Source: Candidatus Omnitrophota bacterium (GTDB lineage Bacteria; Omnitrophota; Gorgyraeia; Gorgyraeales; Gorgyraeaceae). Taken from it: a stretch of 64,000 nucleotides of DNA. How positions within the stretch are numbered: the first letter of the stretch is position 1; each line of letters begins with the position of its first letter. The position numbers and the translations under genes are program-made. The stretch lies in the NCBI GenBank assembly GCA_003485765.1, contig DNHS01000051.1:71747-135746 (forward strand), given 5' to 3'. This document shows, piece by piece, positions 35,944-47,604 of the stretch. Below the pieces are notes generated by a model. The model was not told the origin of the DNA and made no database searches. It worked only from the letters and a program-made list of their open reading frames with translations.

Positions 35944-37652
35944 TTTTCTTTTACCTGGTTTTCTTTTTTATTGAAATCTTCCGTCCGCCATTCGGACGAA
36001 TTCCATTCAATAAATACCTGCCTAAGGCTTTGAAAGAACTTCCTGGCAGTATTTTTATCTTCAAAACTAAACTCGGATTTTATAATCTCATATAAGACAT
36101 GAAATACATATTTCTGCCTTTCTTCAATCGTAGCTGCGTCCACTTCGTCAAACGCATTCTGCTGGAGATACACGTCGTCTATAAACTCGCCTTTAAGATA
36201 AACTATGAAATCCTGTAAAGACGTGCCTTCTTCTCCTACTACTTTCATCATCTGTTTTACTTCATAGCTTCTCTTCAAAACAGCCTGGGCCGCCTTTATC
36301 TCTTTATCTTCTATAAAACTGCTATATTTACTCCAGCTTTCAAGAGGATCTATGGCAGGGTATCTTCTTGCGTCAGACCTTTCTCGCGAAAGCCCGTGGA
36401 ACGCACCTACTACTTTTAATGTGGCCTGCGTAACAGGCTCCTCAAAATTTCCACCTGCGGGGCTTACTGTGCCGCCTATTGTAACAGAACCTAAACTCCC
36501 GCCATGCAATCTCACCAGGCCTGCTCGTTCATAAAATGAGGCTATTCTGTTTTCAAGATATGCGGGAAACGCCTCTTCTCCGGGAATTTCTTCCAATCTT
36601 CCGGACATCTCTCTCATTGCCTGCGCCCATCTGGAAGTAGAATCAGCCAAAAGTAATACATTTAACCCCATCTGGCGGTAATACTCCGCGATAGTGACAG
36701 CAGTGTAAACGCTTGATTCCCTTGCGCTCACCGGCATCGAGCTGGTATTACATATAATAACAGTCCTCTCTATAAGGCTTTTCTTTGTCCGGGGATCTAC
36801 AAGATGCGGGAATTCCCTTAATGTCTCCACGACTTCTCCAGCTCTTTCTCCGCACGCCGCTATAATAACTATGTCAATCTCCGCGTGCTTACTGATAAGC
36901 TGCTGCAAAACTGTTTTTCCTGAGCCAAAAGGGCCTGGTATGCAATAAGTGCCGCCAAGCGCAACAGGCATAAGTGTATCTATAATCCTTATTTTTGTTG
37001 TCAATGGCCTGGATGGTTTTAACTTTTCAGCAAAACACGTAATAGGCACTTTTACAGGCCAGACTTGAGACATGCTGCAGGGGTGAATATTCCCATGTTC
37101 ATCCTTTAACTCTGCTATTACATGTTGAATATTATACTTACCTTTAATCGCTATCTTTTCTACTTCTACCGCGCCTTTTAAAACAAACGGCGCCATGATC
37201 CAGTGTTCAAAAATACCTTCATGCGTAAAGCCTAATTTTTCGCCTGGTTTTAATTTTTGACCAATTTTGGCAACCGGCGTAAATTCCCATTCCTTTTTAT
37301 TATCCAGGGCTTCTAAGTACAAACCTCTTTTTAAGAAAAATCCTGACTTTTCCGCCAATTGCGGCAAAGGATTTTGAAGACCATCGAATATCTGGCCTAA
37401 TAGCCCAGGCCCAAGCTCTACCGAGAGGAGCTCTCCTGTAAATTCTACCTTTTCCCCCAGCTTCAAGCCCTTTGTGTCTTCATAAACCTGTAGTTCAGCC
37501 TTGTTACCTGTAACGCGTATTACCTCTGATTTAAGCCTCTCATCGTTATGCAATATGAAAGCAACTTCATTCTGCATAACATGGTCATGAAACTCAACCG
37601 TTGCCATGTTCCCGTTTAGTCCCGTAAGAACACCTATTCTGGATGCGCTCAT
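35919..37652 (-). CDS. ntpA: V-type ATPase subunit A (operon 2)
   Basis: [27 protein letters not shown]. Confidence 0.97.
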   Translation of the reverse strand: MSASRIGVLTGLNGNMATVEFHDHVMQNEVAFILHNDERLKSEVIRVTGNKAELQVYEDTKGLKLGEKVEFTGELLSVELGPGLLGQIFDGLQNPLPQLAEKSGFFLKRGLYLEALDNKKEWEFTPVAKIGQKLKPGEKLGFTHEGIFEHWIMAPFVLKGAVEVEKIAIKGKYNIQHVIAELKDEHGNIHPCSMSQVWPVKVPITCFAEKLKPSRPLTTKIRIIDTLMPVALGGTYCIPGPFGSGKTVLQQLISKHAEIDIVIIAACGERAGEVVETLREFPHLVDPRTKKSLIERTVIICNTSSMPVSARESSVYTAVTIAEYYRQMGLNVLLLADSTSRWAQAMREMSGRLEEIPGEEAFPAYLENRIASFYERAGLVRLHGGSLGSVTIGGTVSPAGGNFEEPVTQATLKVVGAFHGLSRERSDARRYPAIDPLESWSKYSSFIEDKEIKAAQAVLKRSYEVKQMMKVVGEEGTSLQDFIVYLKGEFIDDVYLQQNAFDEVDAATIEERQKYVFHVLYEIIKSEFSFEDKNTARKFFQSLRQVFIEWNSSEWRTEDFNKKENQVKEKCKKSIIV

Positions 37653-38179
37653 ATTTTCCCCGCCATTTTTTCTAAAGCCTTCATGCCATCGCCTGAATTA
37701 ATTATATCCCAACGCTCTAATATCTGAAGCTGGAGGCAATATACCACAAGATATTCTATATCAAAATAATGGCCTGTTTTAATTTCTTCCATCTTCTCCC
37801 ATCTTATCTTATCCAGATGCAATTCGCCATCCATAGGAGAATCCTGGTTCATTGCCCAATGAGCCAATGGCGCAATAAAAGGGTCGAACCCTGTGCTGCC
37901 ACGCAGGTATTTGGCCTGGTCTTTTCCCTTTTTATCTGCCCTTATTCTCGCAAGTTCGTTCCTCAGATTTCTATCAAAGGTCTTCCATTCTTTCAATAGA
38001 GGCAGTTTATCTTCTACATCTTCCGAAGGCCCTGTAGACGCCCTTTCTAAAATATTTCTGTCTTCTTTGCCCAGCTCAAACCTGCATTTTTCAAGAAAAT
38101 CCGAATAAGTAAAAGGCGGCTTCATCCCAAACTGAAGCATTGGTAAACTCGCAATTAAATAATAGTAGCTATTTTTCAT
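37649..38179 (-). CDS. DUF2764 V-ATPase subunit (C-like)
   Basis: YYYLIASLPML...RNELARIR...LQILERW, between E and A. Confidence 0.85.
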   Translation of the reverse strand: MKNSYYYLIASLPMLQFGMKPPFTYSDFLEKCRFELGKEDRNILERASTGPSEDVEDKLPLLKEWKTFDRNLRNELARIRADKKGKDQAKYLRGSTGFDPFIAPLAHWAMNQDSPMDGELHLDKIRWEKMEEIKTGHYFDIEYLVVYCLQLQILERWDIINSGDGMKALEKMAGKI

Positions 38180-38778
38180 TTTATTAATTTTGCCAGTTCA
38201 GGATTAAGATAAACACATAGTGTTTCCAATAATCCTTCGTCGCTAAAATCAAAATAAGACTTACCCTTGTCAAAACTTATTGAAAACCCTGTGTTTATAT
38301 TAGCCGAAGGCTTAAATTCCACGCCTGATTTCACTTTGTCTTTTAATTGAGACATAAAGGCGTTTTTTATTTTTTCCAGGTCAACTTTATTTACCAGCGC
38401 CCTTACATCGCCTGCTTGGCCGTTTTTCTCAACATATTTATCTATTAAACCTGCCAGTATGCCTGCTATCTCTTCATTGGACAGGGCCTTATTTATTTCG
38501 CCTGCTATAATCTTATTCAGCATCTTTCTTATATCTTCTTTTAGACTAAGTATGAGATCTCTAGCTGCCTGCTTTATGCTAAGATTGGCGCTTGTTTTGG
38601 TTTTATCAGCCTCTCTATTAGCCTTCTGAATAATTTCATCAGCAAGTTTTCTTGCATCATCCAGAATCTTTCTAGCATCTTGCCTGGCTTTATCCTCTAT
38701 TACCTTTGCCTTTTCCTCTGCTGACTTTATCCCTTCCTGATTTATTTTTTCAAGAAGCTCTTTTAAATTTTCTGACAT
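38176..38778 (-). CDS. ntpE: V-type ATPase subunit E (operon 2)
   Basis: LLEKINQEGI coiled coil; GFSIS...YFDFSDE...YLNP. Confidence 0.9.
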   Translation of the reverse strand: MSENLKELLEKINQEGIKSAEEKAKVIEDKARQDARKILDDARKLADEIIQKANREADKTKTSANLSIKQAARDLILSLKEDIRKMLNKIIAGEINKALSNEEIAGILAGLIDKYVEKNGQAGDVRALVNKVDLEKIKNAFMSQLKDKVKSGVEFKPSANINTGFSISFDKGKSYFDFSDEGLLETLCVYLNPELAKLIK

Positions 38779-38838
38779 CTCTCACCTCTATATATTGTTT
38801 TTATTTTGATTTCCGCGTAGTTCCGCCTGACTAAAAAC

Positions 38839-39315
38839 CTATTGCAACTCTTTATACAGCCTCTCTACTTCCTGCGGATTTTTGACCACCACCACAGGGC
38901 ATGGAGATTCTCTGAATATTCTCTCGCCTTCGCTATAGGATGCCTCTTTCCAGGATAAGACCTCTTTCAGATCTCCTATCACAAGTAAATCAGCCTTTAA
39001 TTCCTTTGCCTTGTTAGTTACTTCGGTATGAACCTCTCCTCTTAAAATCAAAGATTCAAATTCTACTTTTTTATTTTCCGCAAGGGTTTTAACTCTCTGC
39101 ATAAAAAACTTGGATTGCTGTTCCATATCTATCTCGTATTCCCTTGCCTCAATCTCTACGAATATCCTGCTTTTTAATAACTCCTGTATGGCTTTTTCGT
39201 CTATAACATAAATGGCAGTCAATTTTGCCTGAAGAAGCTTTGCGAGGTAGATTGCATACTTCATAGTAATTATAGAAGCTGGTCCGCCTGCAAGCGGCGT
39301 AACGATATTCTTCAA
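38839..39315 (-). CDS. Universal stress protein
   Basis: NIVTP...AIYLAK...ADLLVIG...SPCPVVVVK. Confidence 0.9.
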   Translation of the reverse strand: MKNIVTPLAGGPASIITMKYAIYLAKLLQAKLTAIYVIDEKAIQELLKSRIFVEIEAREYEIDMEQQSKFFMQRVKTLAENKKVEFESLILRGEVHTEVTNKAKELKADLLVIGDLKEVLSWKEASYSEGERIFRESPCPVVVVKNPQEVERLYKELQ

Positions 39316-39929
39316 TTTCTAATCCTTTCCTTTATGAGCTTCAGCATAGAAAACGCTTCTCTGTCGTATTCGTCAAGCCTGTCGTTTATATACTTTACGC
39401 TATCCTCATAAAAAGGCAGGTATATCTTTTCAAGGGCATTTACCTTTCTTATTGTCTTCTGAACCTCTTTAGCAATCCTTATAAGAGCAATCTTTTTTTC
39501 CGCAAGCTGAGTTATTAACTTCAGGGCTTCTTTGAATTTGACCATAACTTCATCCACATAAAAACTCACTTCATGAGAGCTATAGTATGGAGGATTTTCT
39601 TTTACATTCATAGTTATTATAGGTAAACTCACCCCCATGACCCTTCTTTCAGAAATAGAAAGGCTTGTTTTTATATCTATTGAAAAACTAAGTTCTTCCA
39701 GCCTTTTTCTGCCCATTATAACCACTGCCCTATCCACAAGGCCATACGCCTCCTGTAAGGCGGTGTCTACCTTGCGCTGAATCCTATCCACAATATGCAC
39801 GATAGAGGTCAATTCATTTACGAGAATCCTTCTTTTCTCGTCTAACAGACTATGGCCTTCTCTTGTAAGAGACAATAATTTCTTGGACTTTAAAAGATTT
39901 GTCTTTGTGGCGGCTATGTTAATTTTCAT
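39312..39929 (-). CDS. ntpD: V-type ATPase subunit D (operon 1)
   Basis: [19 protein letters not shown]. Confidence 0.95.
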   Translation of the reverse strand: MKINIAATKTNLLKSKKLLSLTREGHSLLDEKRRILVNELTSIVHIVDRIQRKVDTALQEAYGLVDRAVVIMGRKRLEELSFSIDIKTSLSISERRVMGVSLPIITMNVKENPPYYSSHEVSFYVDEVMVKFKEALKLITQLAEKKIALIRIAKEVQKTIRKVNALEKIYLPFYEDSVKYINDRLDEYDREAFSMLKLIKERIRN

Positions 39930-41308
39930 GATTTTTTCTTGTAATGTTTTTTAAGATCTTCTTCGCGTATCCTGACAAGTTCTTCTGCCGGGAGAATTGA
40001 TACTACATCCCACCCCAGATCCAGCCCGTCTTCCAGGGTCCTGCGCTCCATGGGCCCCTGACTCAAGAATTTTTTCTCAAAATCTTCTCCGAATTTTAGG
40101 TATAACTTGTCGAGGTTTGAAAGCTCTTCTTCTCCTATGATTGACGCGAGCGCCCTGACATCTTTCACGTGAGCGTAACACGCGAATAACTGTGAAGCCA
40201 AAGACGGGTGATCGTCTCTAGTCAGGCCTTTTCCTATATTATCTTTCATGAGCCTTGATAGAGACGGAAGCCCTGCTATAGGAGGATATATCCCTCTATT
40301 GTACATCTCTCTCTCGAGAACGATCTGGCCTTCAGTAATGTAACCCGTAAGGTCAGGTATAGGATGCGTGATATCATCGTTAGGCATTGTCAAAATAGGG
40401 ATCTGCGTTATAGAGCCTTTGATTCCTTTTATCATGCCTGCTCTCTCGTATATGCTCGCTAAATCGCTATAAAGATATCCTGGGTAGCCTTTTCTCGCTG
40501 GTATCTCGCCTCTTATCGTGGAAACCTCTCTCAATGCCTCGCAATAATTCGACATGTCTGTCATGATCACAAGGACGTGCATGTTTTTCTTAAACGCCAG
40601 GTATTCAGCGCAGGTCAATGCCAATCTGGGGGTTAAAAGCCTTTCTGTTGACGGACTGTCAGCCAGGCTCAGAAATATCGCGACCCTTTCAAGGACTCCT
40701 GATTCTTCGAAACTCTTTTGGAAAAATCTTGCCGTATCGTATTTAACGCCCATGGCCACGAAGATGACGCAAAAACTTTCTCCCTTGACCTGCGACTGGC
40801 GCGCAATCTGCGTGCCAAGAAGATCGTGCGGCAGGCCGCTTCCTGAGAATATCGGAAGTTTCTGTCCTCTCACGAGCGTATTCATGACGTCTATTGAAGA
40901 AATGCCTGTCTCTATAATATTTTCCGGATAATTTCTTGAAACAGGGTTTATCGCCAGACCGTTCACGTTTACCATTTCATCATACACAGGCTTTGGCATG
41001 CCGTCCAGAGGATTGCCAAGCCCGTCAAAAACCCTGCCCAGAACTTCTTCAGATACTCCTATTAAAAGAGGTTTTTCTTTAAAATTCACCCTGCAATTTT
41101 TTATAGCCAGGCCGCTTGTGCCTCCCAGGACTTCCACGACCGCGAAACCTTTGCCGACCTCAAGCGTAATCCCGAGTCTGGACTTTCCTTCGTCATCGAC
41201 TATCTCCACAATCTCGTTATATCCTACGTTATGGATATTGCGTATGATAAAAATAGGCCCTGTTATTTCTTCTAATCCGACATATTCTCTTAAATTGTAC
41301 TCTTTCAT
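39926..41308 (-). CDS. ntpB: V-type ATPase subunit B (operon 1)
   Basis: [39 protein letters not shown]. Confidence 0.97.
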   Translation of the reverse strand: MKEYNLREYVGLEEITGPIFIIRNIHNVGYNEIVEIVDDEGKSRLGITLEVGKGFAVVEVLGGTSGLAIKNCRVNFKEKPLLIGVSEEVLGRVFDGLGNPLDGMPKPVYDEMVNVNGLAINPVSRNYPENIIETGISSIDVMNTLVRGQKLPIFSGSGLPHDLLGTQIARQSQVKGESFCVIFVAMGVKYDTARFFQKSFEESGVLERVAIFLSLADSPSTERLLTPRLALTCAEYLAFKKNMHVLVIMTDMSNYCEALREVSTIRGEIPARKGYPGYLYSDLASIYERAGMIKGIKGSITQIPILTMPNDDITHPIPDLTGYITEGQIVLEREMYNRGIYPPIAGLPSLSRLMKDNIGKGLTRDDHPSLASQLFACYAHVKDVRALASIIGEEELSNLDKLYLKFGEDFEKKFLSQGPMERRTLEDGLDLGWDVVSILPAEELVRIREEDLKKHYKKKS

Positions 41309-43072
41309 TTAGAACTCCAATTCTCCGAGCAAGCGCTCTACTTCAGAAGGAAGCTCTGTCATTTTAGCGAGATCCTCTTCTGATTCTGAATATTTAAACC
41401 TCATCCTTATAAGCTCCTGATAAATCTGGTGTTCCTTTATCTCGGCTATGTTTATGCCTTTTTTAATAAGCTCATCGCTTTTTTCGTAAAACTTAACTAT
41501 GGATTTCAACATCAGAAATTGTTTGCGGCTCGAGGAATACGCGTCGATATTATCAAAAGCGCTCTGCTGCAAAAATGTATTCTTGAACATGGCGCACGTC
41601 TCAAGTATCAGCCTCTGCCTGTGGGGCAATATGTCAGGTCCTACAAGTTTGACAACTTGAAGAAGCCTTTGCTCTTTCTGTAAAAGCTCCATTATGGCGT
41701 ATCTCATAGAAAGCCAGTCTTTATCTATATTCTTATGCCACCAGTTTTTCACGTCGTCCAGATACTCTGAATAGCTGTCTATCCAGCTTATAGAAGGGTA
41801 ATGCCTTGCATTCGCGAGGTCCCTGTCGAGCGCCCAGAAACAGCGTATAAATCTCTTTGTGTGAGATGTAACAGGCTCTGAAAAATCTCCGCCTGGAGGA
41901 GAAACAGAAGCGATAATCGTGATAGAGCTGTTTTCATTATTAAGGGTCTTGAATTTGCCTGCCCTTTCATAGAATTCAGCGAGCCTTGAAGGAAGATACG
42001 CTGGAAATCCTTCCTCTAAAGGCATCTCTTCCAGCCTGCCTGAAAGTTCTCTCAAGGCCTCTGCCCATCTTGAAGTAGAGTCTGCCATCAATGCAACATT
42101 ATAACCCATATCGCGGTAATATTCTGCGAGCGTAATACCCGTATAGATGCTGGCTTCTCTTGCCGCAACAGGCATGTTGGACGTATTTGCTATGAATATG
42201 GTCCTTTCCATGATAGGCCTTTTGGTTAGAGGGTCTATAAGTTTAGGGAAATTAAGAAGGATGTCTGTCATTTCATTCCCTCTTTCCCCGCAGCCTACGT
42301 ATATGACTATATCCGCATTGCTCCATTTGGCAATCTGATGCTGGACAACTGTTTTGCCTGTGCCGAATCCTCCCGGCACGACAACGCATCCGCCCTTCGC
42401 AACAGGAAACAGCGTATCAATAACTCTCTGGCCGGTAATAAGAGGCTCATCTACAGGAACCCTTTCTTTGTAAGGCCTGGGGCGTCTAACAGGCCACTTT
42501 TGATACATGAAAATCTCTTTTTCAGAATCCTTTTCTATTAATACCGCGATTTTTTCTTCTAAAGAATATTCGCCTCCACTGGCAATCCATTTAATCTTTC
42601 CATGGGCATCCGGCGGAACTAAAATCTTGTGTTTTATCAAATGGGTTTCCTGAACTGCTCCTATAACTTCTCCTCGCTTTATATAATCGCCTTCTTTTTT
42701 CAAAGGCGCGAAATGCCATTTCTTTTTCCTATCCAGGGCGGTGACGTGAACGCCTCTATTGATATAAAAGCCTTCTTTTTCTTTTAATATTTCAAGCGGG
42801 CGTTGTATTCCGTCGTAGATATTTCCCAATAGCCCGGGCCCTAATTCAACGTACAAAGGAAATCCCTGCGTATAAATAAGGTCCCCTGCTTTAAGTGATG
42901 TAGTGTCTTCGTAAACCTGGATATACGCCTTGTCGTTTTTTAATCTTACAACCTCTCCGACAAGATGTTCCTGGCCTACCTCCACCATGTCCAGCATCCT
43001 TAAGAAAATAACCTCTTCCGCTTCAACAACAGGCCCCGTCACTCTATATACTTTGCCCGCAGTCTTTAACAT
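41309..43072 (-). CDS. ntpA: V-type ATPase subunit A (operon 1)
   Basis: [38 protein letters not shown]. Confidence 0.97.
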   Translation of the reverse strand: MLKTAGKVYRVTGPVVEAEEVIFLRMLDMVEVGQEHLVGEVVRLKNDKAYIQVYEDTTSLKAGDLIYTQGFPLYVELGPGLLGNIYDGIQRPLEILKEKEGFYINRGVHVTALDRKKKWHFAPLKKEGDYIKRGEVIGAVQETHLIKHKILVPPDAHGKIKWIASGGEYSLEEKIAVLIEKDSEKEIFMYQKWPVRRPRPYKERVPVDEPLITGQRVIDTLFPVAKGGCVVVPGGFGTGKTVVQHQIAKWSNADIVIYVGCGERGNEMTDILLNFPKLIDPLTKRPIMERTIFIANTSNMPVAAREASIYTGITLAEYYRDMGYNVALMADSTSRWAEALRELSGRLEEMPLEEGFPAYLPSRLAEFYERAGKFKTLNNENSSITIIASVSPPGGDFSEPVTSHTKRFIRCFWALDRDLANARHYPSISWIDSYSEYLDDVKNWWHKNIDKDWLSMRYAIMELLQKEQRLLQVVKLVGPDILPHRQRLILETCAMFKNTFLQQSAFDNIDAYSSSRKQFLMLKSIVKFYEKSDELIKKGINIAEIKEHQIYQELIRMRFKYSESEEDLAKMTELPSEVERLLGELEF

Positions 43073-43075
43073 CTT

Positions 43076-43693
43076 CTAGAACGCTCCCTTCAATAAATCC
43101 ATGTATATATCATCATACAGCCTTTTAAACCTGGCAGAAAACGTATTATCGTAAATAAGCCTGGAATCCTTTGATTGCATGATTACGCCTATATCCTTAA
43201 AATCGCATCTTTTAAATTGAAGCGCAATGCCTTTTATATTTTTTATAAAATCATCTTTTATGATCTCTTCATCCAGGCCTGAATATAAAACTTCAACTTC
43301 TCCCTCGCCTATAACCTTAATGCCTTCCGATATGGCTTTTTCCAGAAACGCTTTATAGCCCTGGTCTTTTCTGAATTCCGCGGCTATCTCTCTTACCTTT
43401 TCAAGCGCTGTTTCTATGAATCTGCTTTTTTCTTCCAGAAAAAGTTTTTTCTTTTCAAGATTCAAGGTAGAAAATATTTTCTGTTTCATCTTCTCTATTT
43501 CAATATCATTTTTTTTAAGAACTTCTTTCTTTTTATTTTCCGCCTCATGGTTCGCTTCTTCCAGGATTTTGGATTTTTCTTTTCTGGCGCTTGTAAGTAT
43601 ATAATCAGCTTGAGCAGTAGCGTCTTCTATTATCTTTCTGCAGATTTCTCCCGCATCTTCTATCTTTGCCTTTGAATAAAGAGATTTGTCCAT
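43076..43693 (-). CDS. ntpE: V-type ATPase subunit E (operon 1)
   Basis: N-terminal coiled coil; IGVIMQSKDSRLIYDNTF. Confidence 0.9.
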   Translation of the reverse strand: MDKSLYSKAKIEDAGEICRKIIEDATAQADYILTSARKEKSKILEEANHEAENKKKEVLKKNDIEIEKMKQKIFSTLNLEKKKLFLEEKSRFIETALEKVREIAAEFRKDQGYKAFLEKAISEGIKVIGEGEVEVLYSGLDEEIIKDDFIKNIKGIALQFKRCDFKDIGVIMQSKDSRLIYDNTFSARFKRLYDDIYMDLLKGAF

Positions 43694-43995
43694 CAGACGC
43701 TCACTCCTATTATATCCTTCAGATAATCGCCAACGCTTCTCCTATTAGCAGATCCTCCCCTTGAGGGAAGTTCGAGTATGAGAGGCAACTGATTCTTATA
43801 CATAAGATTATCCAGTTCCTGCCTTAAAAATGACACTGCCTTTTCAGTCACCAGAATCACCCCTGCTTCTTCTGTTGCCAGCGCTACTTTTAAGGCCTCT
43901 AGAGCGTCGGAGCGGCTGGAAACTTCTCTAGTCTCTACCCCCGCCAGTCTGAAACCAAGGCCTGATTCCTTATCAGCTATGCAGAAAAACGTCAT
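43693..43995 (-). CDS. ntpF: V-type ATPase subunit F
   Basis: IADKESGLGFRLAGV...PLILELPS. Confidence 0.92.
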   Translation of the reverse strand: MTFFCIADKESGLGFRLAGVETREVSSRSDALEALKVALATEEAGVILVTEKAVSFLRQELDNLMYKNQLPLILELPSRGGSANRRSVGDYLKDIIGVSV

Positions 43996-44330
43996 TAAAT
44001 TTTCCCCAATATCATTATAGCAATAATCAAGCCGTATATCGCAATACCTTCCGCAAGCCCTACGTATATCAGCGCTTTTCCTGCCATCTCCGGTTTCTCG
44101 CTTATCGCGCCTACTGCCGCTGCTCCTACGTGCGCCACCGCAATACCTGCCGCAATCGCGCTAAGGCCGGTTGCGAGCGATGCTGATAAAAATGCCCATC
44201 CGACTATTGCCGGATCAGTTGCAGCCTGCTGCGCCTGCGCCCAAGCAGAGCCGCAAAAAGAGATAAATAGAAAAAATATACAAAGCTTTACAACGCGCCA
44301 CGACCATTTTACAATACGCTCCATACCCAC
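43995..44330 (-). CDS. ntpK: V-type ATPase subunit K/c, single hairpin with N-terminal leader (operon 1)
   Basis: GAISEKPE...GLAEGIAIYG. Confidence 0.92.
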   Translation of the reverse strand: MGMERIVKWSWRVVKLCIFFLFISFCGSAWAQAQQAATDPAIVGWAFLSASLATGLSAIAAGIAVAHVGAAAVGAISEKPEMAGKALIYVGLAEGIAIYGLIIAIMILGKI

Positions 44331-44339
44331 CTCTCTTTC

Positions 44340-46241
44340 TTATATCTTTACTGGTTTATAGGTTTCCTTGCCCGCCATGAAAAACTTTGAGAAAAACTCG
44401 TAATAATTCAGCCTCAAAGACTGTATGGTCACCACAAGGCCTTCTAGAAAAATTATAAGTATATTTCCTAAAATAACAACTAAAAAAGATAGAAACGCGC
44501 CGCCCGAGTGGTTCACTATCTTGGAAAGTTCGAATATAGAGATAAACAGGCCTGCGTGAGCCAGCGCGAAAGCCGCTATGCGTATAAAAGATACTGTGTT
44601 GGCCAGATAGCTCATTCCCACTTCAAGAATATCTACGGAGCTCTCCATAAGCGATACGAAAATTCCATGTTTTTCTTTCTTTAAAAAAGCCTCTATGAAG
44701 GGCTTTAAAAAAAGCAGGGTAAAACCTGCTGATATTACAATAAAATACGCGTTCAAGCCCTGGGTTTTAGCCATAGATATTTTAGTAAAAAGCCCTATGG
44801 CTGCCCAGTAAATTACGCCGCCTATAAGCCCTGCCTTATCAAATATGGCCTTCATATAATCCTTGTCCCGCATGGCGTTTATTATATTTATCAATATGCC
44901 TATTGTCATAAATACGATCCCGAATACCACGCTTATTTTAAATACCTGCATAATATTCTCTATGGGCTTAATCCATAAAGAATGAACCTCTATGCCAAAA
45001 AAACTCCCGTATAAAAATCCGAATATAGCGGAGCTTGCGCCGCAATAAAGCATAAGGCTTGAGGCCTGTTTCGCCTTTTCGTTTTTGCTAATATTTAAAA
45101 ATATGCCTGCCAGCGCCAGCGCTATTCCATGCCCTATGTCTCCGAACATGGCGCCAAACATCACAAGAAAGCTTATTGCAACGAATATTGTAGGGTCAAT
45201 TGTTCCATACCGCGGTATGCCGTAAGAATATGTCAATAATGCAAACGGCTTGAAAAATGCGTTATGCTTAAGTTTCACTGGTATCTCTTCCTTTGGTATG
45301 TTTACTTCTTCCGCATCTTTTGATTCAATGTAGCATCTTTTGTCTATCTTTTTTATCTCTCTTATGACGCTTTCTTTTTCCTCCTTTGGAACCCAGCCTG
45401 AAAAAAGCACTGTTTTATCTGTCATGCACGAATATTTTTTTGCCTCTAATAAAGATTTTTTAAGCCTGACGAGCGAATGTATATTCGATAAATCACTCTG
45501 ATAAGCCTCTCCTATTTTTTTTACCCCGAGTTTTGCATCCAGCGCCTTCTTTTTTATAGCCTCTATCTCCTGGGACAATTTCTCTTCCACATCCTTTGAA
45601 ATATTTTCTGTGTGTTTTGGCAACTCCATCTTTTCCCAGGATATATCTTTTAAAACCCTGTCTATAAAAACCCTGTCGCGCCTGATGCCTATAAATAAAG
45701 CGGTAACCTTATCGCCTTCTTTCTTAAAAGGATAAAATATATAAGGGATATCCTTTAAGCTTCTTTCCATGACTGAAATATTTTTCTCAACCACCTTCCC
45801 TATCGTTACCTCTAAAAAGCTGTACACTGATTCTCTTTTTAAAGAAAAGAGCGGATAGGATTTCAACTGCGAGAATATAGAATTTTTGGTCTCGAGCTCT
45901 GAATCCAATTCCTCTTTCTGGGTAAGGAAAGGGCTTATGTTTTCCTCTACATTTGTAAGGATGTTTTTGATATCGTCGTAAGAAAATGCCTTTATGTCCT
46001 TGGAAACTATAGGAGAAATGCCAAGTTTCCTTAAATTATCCCTCAATCTTGTGTCCAGCTCATCCCATTGGGCGCATTCTTTGTCTATCTCATAAGGGGA
46101 CAGTTCTTTTAATTCATCCTCTATGTGGCGTATGTCAACAGGATGAAATATCCCCAGTTTTAAAAGATGATAGGTTATATCCTCTATCTTTTCTTTTAAA
46201 ACAACTATGCTCAATAATTCCATACTCGATGTTGTCAGCAT
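44340..46241 (-). CDS. ntpI: V-type ATPase subunit I (operon 1)
   Basis: MFGDIGHG, SFIRIAAFALAH, RLNYYEFF. Confidence 0.95.
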   Translation of the reverse strand: MLTTSSMELLSIVVLKEKIEDITYHLLKLGIFHPVDIRHIEDELKELSPYEIDKECAQWDELDTRLRDNLRKLGISPIVSKDIKAFSYDDIKNILTNVEENISPFLTQKEELDSELETKNSIFSQLKSYPLFSLKRESVYSFLEVTIGKVVEKNISVMERSLKDIPYIFYPFKKEGDKVTALFIGIRRDRVFIDRVLKDISWEKMELPKHTENISKDVEEKLSQEIEAIKKKALDAKLGVKKIGEAYQSDLSNIHSLVRLKKSLLEAKKYSCMTDKTVLFSGWVPKEEKESVIREIKKIDKRCYIESKDAEEVNIPKEEIPVKLKHNAFFKPFALLTYSYGIPRYGTIDPTIFVAISFLVMFGAMFGDIGHGIALALAGIFLNISKNEKAKQASSLMLYCGASSAIFGFLYGSFFGIEVHSLWIKPIENIMQVFKISVVFGIVFMTIGILINIINAMRDKDYMKAIFDKAGLIGGVIYWAAIGLFTKISMAKTQGLNAYFIVISAGFTLLFLKPFIEAFLKKEKHGIFVSLMESSVDILEVGMSYLANTVSFIRIAAFALAHAGLFISIFELSKIVNHSGGAFLSFLVVILGNILIIFLEGLVVTIQSLRLNYYEFFSKFFMAGKETYKPVKI

Positions 46242-47281
46242 ATATTCAATAGCGAACTTAACTCTTCTTTTTTAAAACCCAGATTCTTGGCGTATAATAC
46301 AGATACTATATTCTTTGACTCATTTCTTTTTAGCACAACATATCCAAGTATGACCCCTATTGTAAAAGGGTATCCTGAAAGCGTTCTTTTAACTTCTTTT
46401 AACAAAACCTCATGAAGGAAATTTTCTATAAGGGGCATGTTTTCTTCTATAAGTTCTCTAATTTTGGCGTACGGGCCAAGCGCTACGCTATCCACAATCT
46501 TTGTAAGCCCGTCGGTCGTATAAAGACTCGCGACGTTCTCTCTATTAATCCTCGCTCCGCCAGGAATCACCCATTCCAGAATATCGCCGGCTGCCAGGCT
46601 GTAATATTTCCTCATCCTTATGAGCCAGTTTATGTTTTCGGCATCTATCTCTATGCCTATGACCCTTTTGGCTATCTCCTGATCGCGGGGAGAAAGCGAT
46701 TCCACGCAGGAAAGAATCCTCTGGTAATAATCCATGTCCAGGCTCGCTTCCAGGTAAAATGTAGAACCTCTTTCTTTGAATTTATCCCTGGCATTTAAAA
46801 TAGGCTTTCTATAAGGAGTATCTTCTAAAAGAATGATTATCTCTTCTATGTTAGGGGCATATATAACCTTTTTATAGTCTATGTTAAAACTTATCTTCCC
46901 GTCTAAAAGAAAATCATTGGTGTTAACCGGTGTTTTTTTATTCCATATCCTCAACGCCGTCTTTAACTGTTCAAGTTCGTACTTTTCTATAAAAAGACTC
47001 ATGAGTTCTTTTTCTGTTTTTCCCGAAGCGGCTCTATATATTTTTCTGTATATATCCAAGTCATTTTTTATGAACCTCTTTTCGATAATCCTGAGATCCG
47101 TGATTTCCTTAGGGATGCTTTCTATTGCGTCTTTATGATATGGCGATTCCTTTAATAGCTCCAAGGCATTATAAACATCTTCCGCCTCCAGCATCCTGGA
47201 AAATAAATCCGGGCTTATCAGAAATGACATCATGGCTCTTATCTTGGCGTTAATAAAAGAATATGTGGAAAGCTCTCGCAT
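46235..47281 (-). CDS. ntpC: V-type ATPase subunit C
   Basis: YSFINAKIRAM...LDMDYY...IDAENI. Confidence 0.9.
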   Translation of the reverse strand: MRELSTYSFINAKIRAMMSFLISPDLFSRMLEAEDVYNALELLKESPYHKDAIESIPKEITDLRIIEKRFIKNDLDIYRKIYRAASGKTEKELMSLFIEKYELEQLKTALRIWNKKTPVNTNDFLLDGKISFNIDYKKVIYAPNIEEIIILLEDTPYRKPILNARDKFKERGSTFYLEASLDMDYYQRILSCVESLSPRDQEIAKRVIGIEIDAENINWLIRMRKYYSLAAGDILEWVIPGGARINRENVASLYTTDGLTKIVDSVALGPYAKIRELIEENMPLIENFLHEVLLKEVKRTLSGYPFTIGVILGYVVLKRNESKNIVSVLYAKNLGFKKEELSSLLNIC

Positions 47282-47283
47282 AT

Positions 47284-47601
47284 CTAATCTTTAATTGTTA
47301 TTATCTGAGAGAAAACCTTTTTGGAAACCTCAGAGATGTCCTTGTCTTTTCTCTCTTTAATGGCAAGGGTTTCTTTTCTGACTTCTTTAAGGACATTTTC
47401 TTTTTCAGACATAAATCTTTTTTCTGATTCTTGCTTTTCTTTATAGCTGAAAGCTTCTGCTTCTACGGCTGTCCTGTTTATTATATTCTCTTTCTCTTTT
47501 TTAGCGTCTCTTACGATGCGTTCCGCTTCTTCTTTTGCGTCCTGAAGTATCTTACTGGCTCTTTTCTCTTCCTTTAAAATCTTTTCAACCACATCTTTCA
47601 T
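47284..47601 (-). CDS. V-type ATPase subunit G/H (peripheral stalk)
   Basis: Charged right-handed coiled-coil pattern at operon start. Confidence 0.8.
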   Translation of the reverse strand: MKDVVEKILKEEKRASKILQDAKEEAERIVRDAKKEKENIINRTAVEAEAFSYKEKQESEKRFMSEKENVLKEVRKETLAIKERKDKDISEVSKKVFSQIITIKD

Positions 47602-47604
47602 GAT

